IMG/VR virus record: IMGVR_UViG_3300037225_000485
Span: 1-25,633 of that record
Source of the DNA: a virus
Lineage: Duplodnaviria; Caudoviricetes
Reading direction: 5' to 3' (one strand)
Length of the DNA: 25,633 nucleotides
Shown here: one piece after another, positions 25,431 to 25,633 of the stretch
Numbering within the stretch: position 1 is the stretch's first letter
Layout: every line of letters starts with the position of its first letter
Made by a program: the position numbers and the translations under genes
Notes under the pieces: model-generated
Told to the model about the DNA's origin: nothing
Databases searched by the model: none
Seen by the model: only the letters and a program-made list of their open reading frames with translations

Positions 25431-25475
25431 TTCAACCTCAAGTATATCTAAGAATATGCATGTGCCAGTTGTTGA

Positions 25476-25509
25476 ATTTGAAGATGCGATTTATTTGAAG
25501 ATGCGATTT
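25476..25509. repeat. Exact 17-bp tandem duplication
   Basis: ATTTGAAGATGCGATTT twice (25476-25492, 25493-25509). Confidence 0.9.
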
Positions 25510-25523
25510 TTAACCTGATCGTG

Positions 25524-25559
25524 CAAGAAATCCCCTTGCTTTAGCTGGGGGATGAATTG
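25524..25559 (+). mobile_element. IS200/IS605-family-like subterminal hairpin (probable end of a tnpB-type element beyond the right edge)
   Basis: CAAGAAATCCCCTTGCTTTAGCTGGGGGATGAATTG forms an imperfect hairpin (ATCCCCT-T-GCT/TT/AGC-T-GGGGGAT). The flanks resemble IS200/IS605 ends as I recall them, but no transposase lies inside the window. Confidence 0.5.
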
Positions 25560-25633
25560 CCGTCTGAAATAAGTCGAGAAACCCATCAATAGTTCGATAT
25601 ATAACAATTGATATATTGAAAAACTATATAGAA

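Noticed and set aside
1-25633. Stop-codon reassignment
   Set aside because: Coding density is high with code 11, and TAA, TAG and TGA all terminate plausible genes.

Overview
This window is the neck and tail morphogenesis module of a large (jumbo-like) contractile-tailed bacteriophage, about 40% GC by eye, read with the standard code, and almost entirely on the minus strand. In transcription order (right to left) it encodes: a proline-poor collagen-like fibre; two small putative virion proteins; a cysteine desulfurase; a small HNH protein; a cold-shock protein; a DGY-repeat/His-rich protein; a head-tail adaptor and a truncated paralogue, each followed by a LAGLIDADG endonuclease; an HEXXH protein; a head-closure-like protein; two fibre/baseplate proteins; tail terminator; tail sheath; HNH homing endonuclease; tail tube; tail assembly chaperone with a probable +1/-2 frameshift extension; and the start of a probable tape measure gene. 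One plus-strand lipoprotein moron of myxobacterial style, with its own sigma70-like promoter, interrupts the module. The main unexplained signal is the tripeptide Asp-Gly-Tyr (DGY). I count 26 copies in 8 morphogenesis-module proteins, encoded by varied codons, and none in the endonucleases, desulfurase or cold-shock protein; this suggests a virion-wide recognition or modification tag. Two recurring phage-specific promoter-like motifs, domain sharing among neck and sheath genes, and an IS200/IS605-like end hairpin at the right edge are also visible. All product calls come from motifs and gene order read by eye; no database searches were run.
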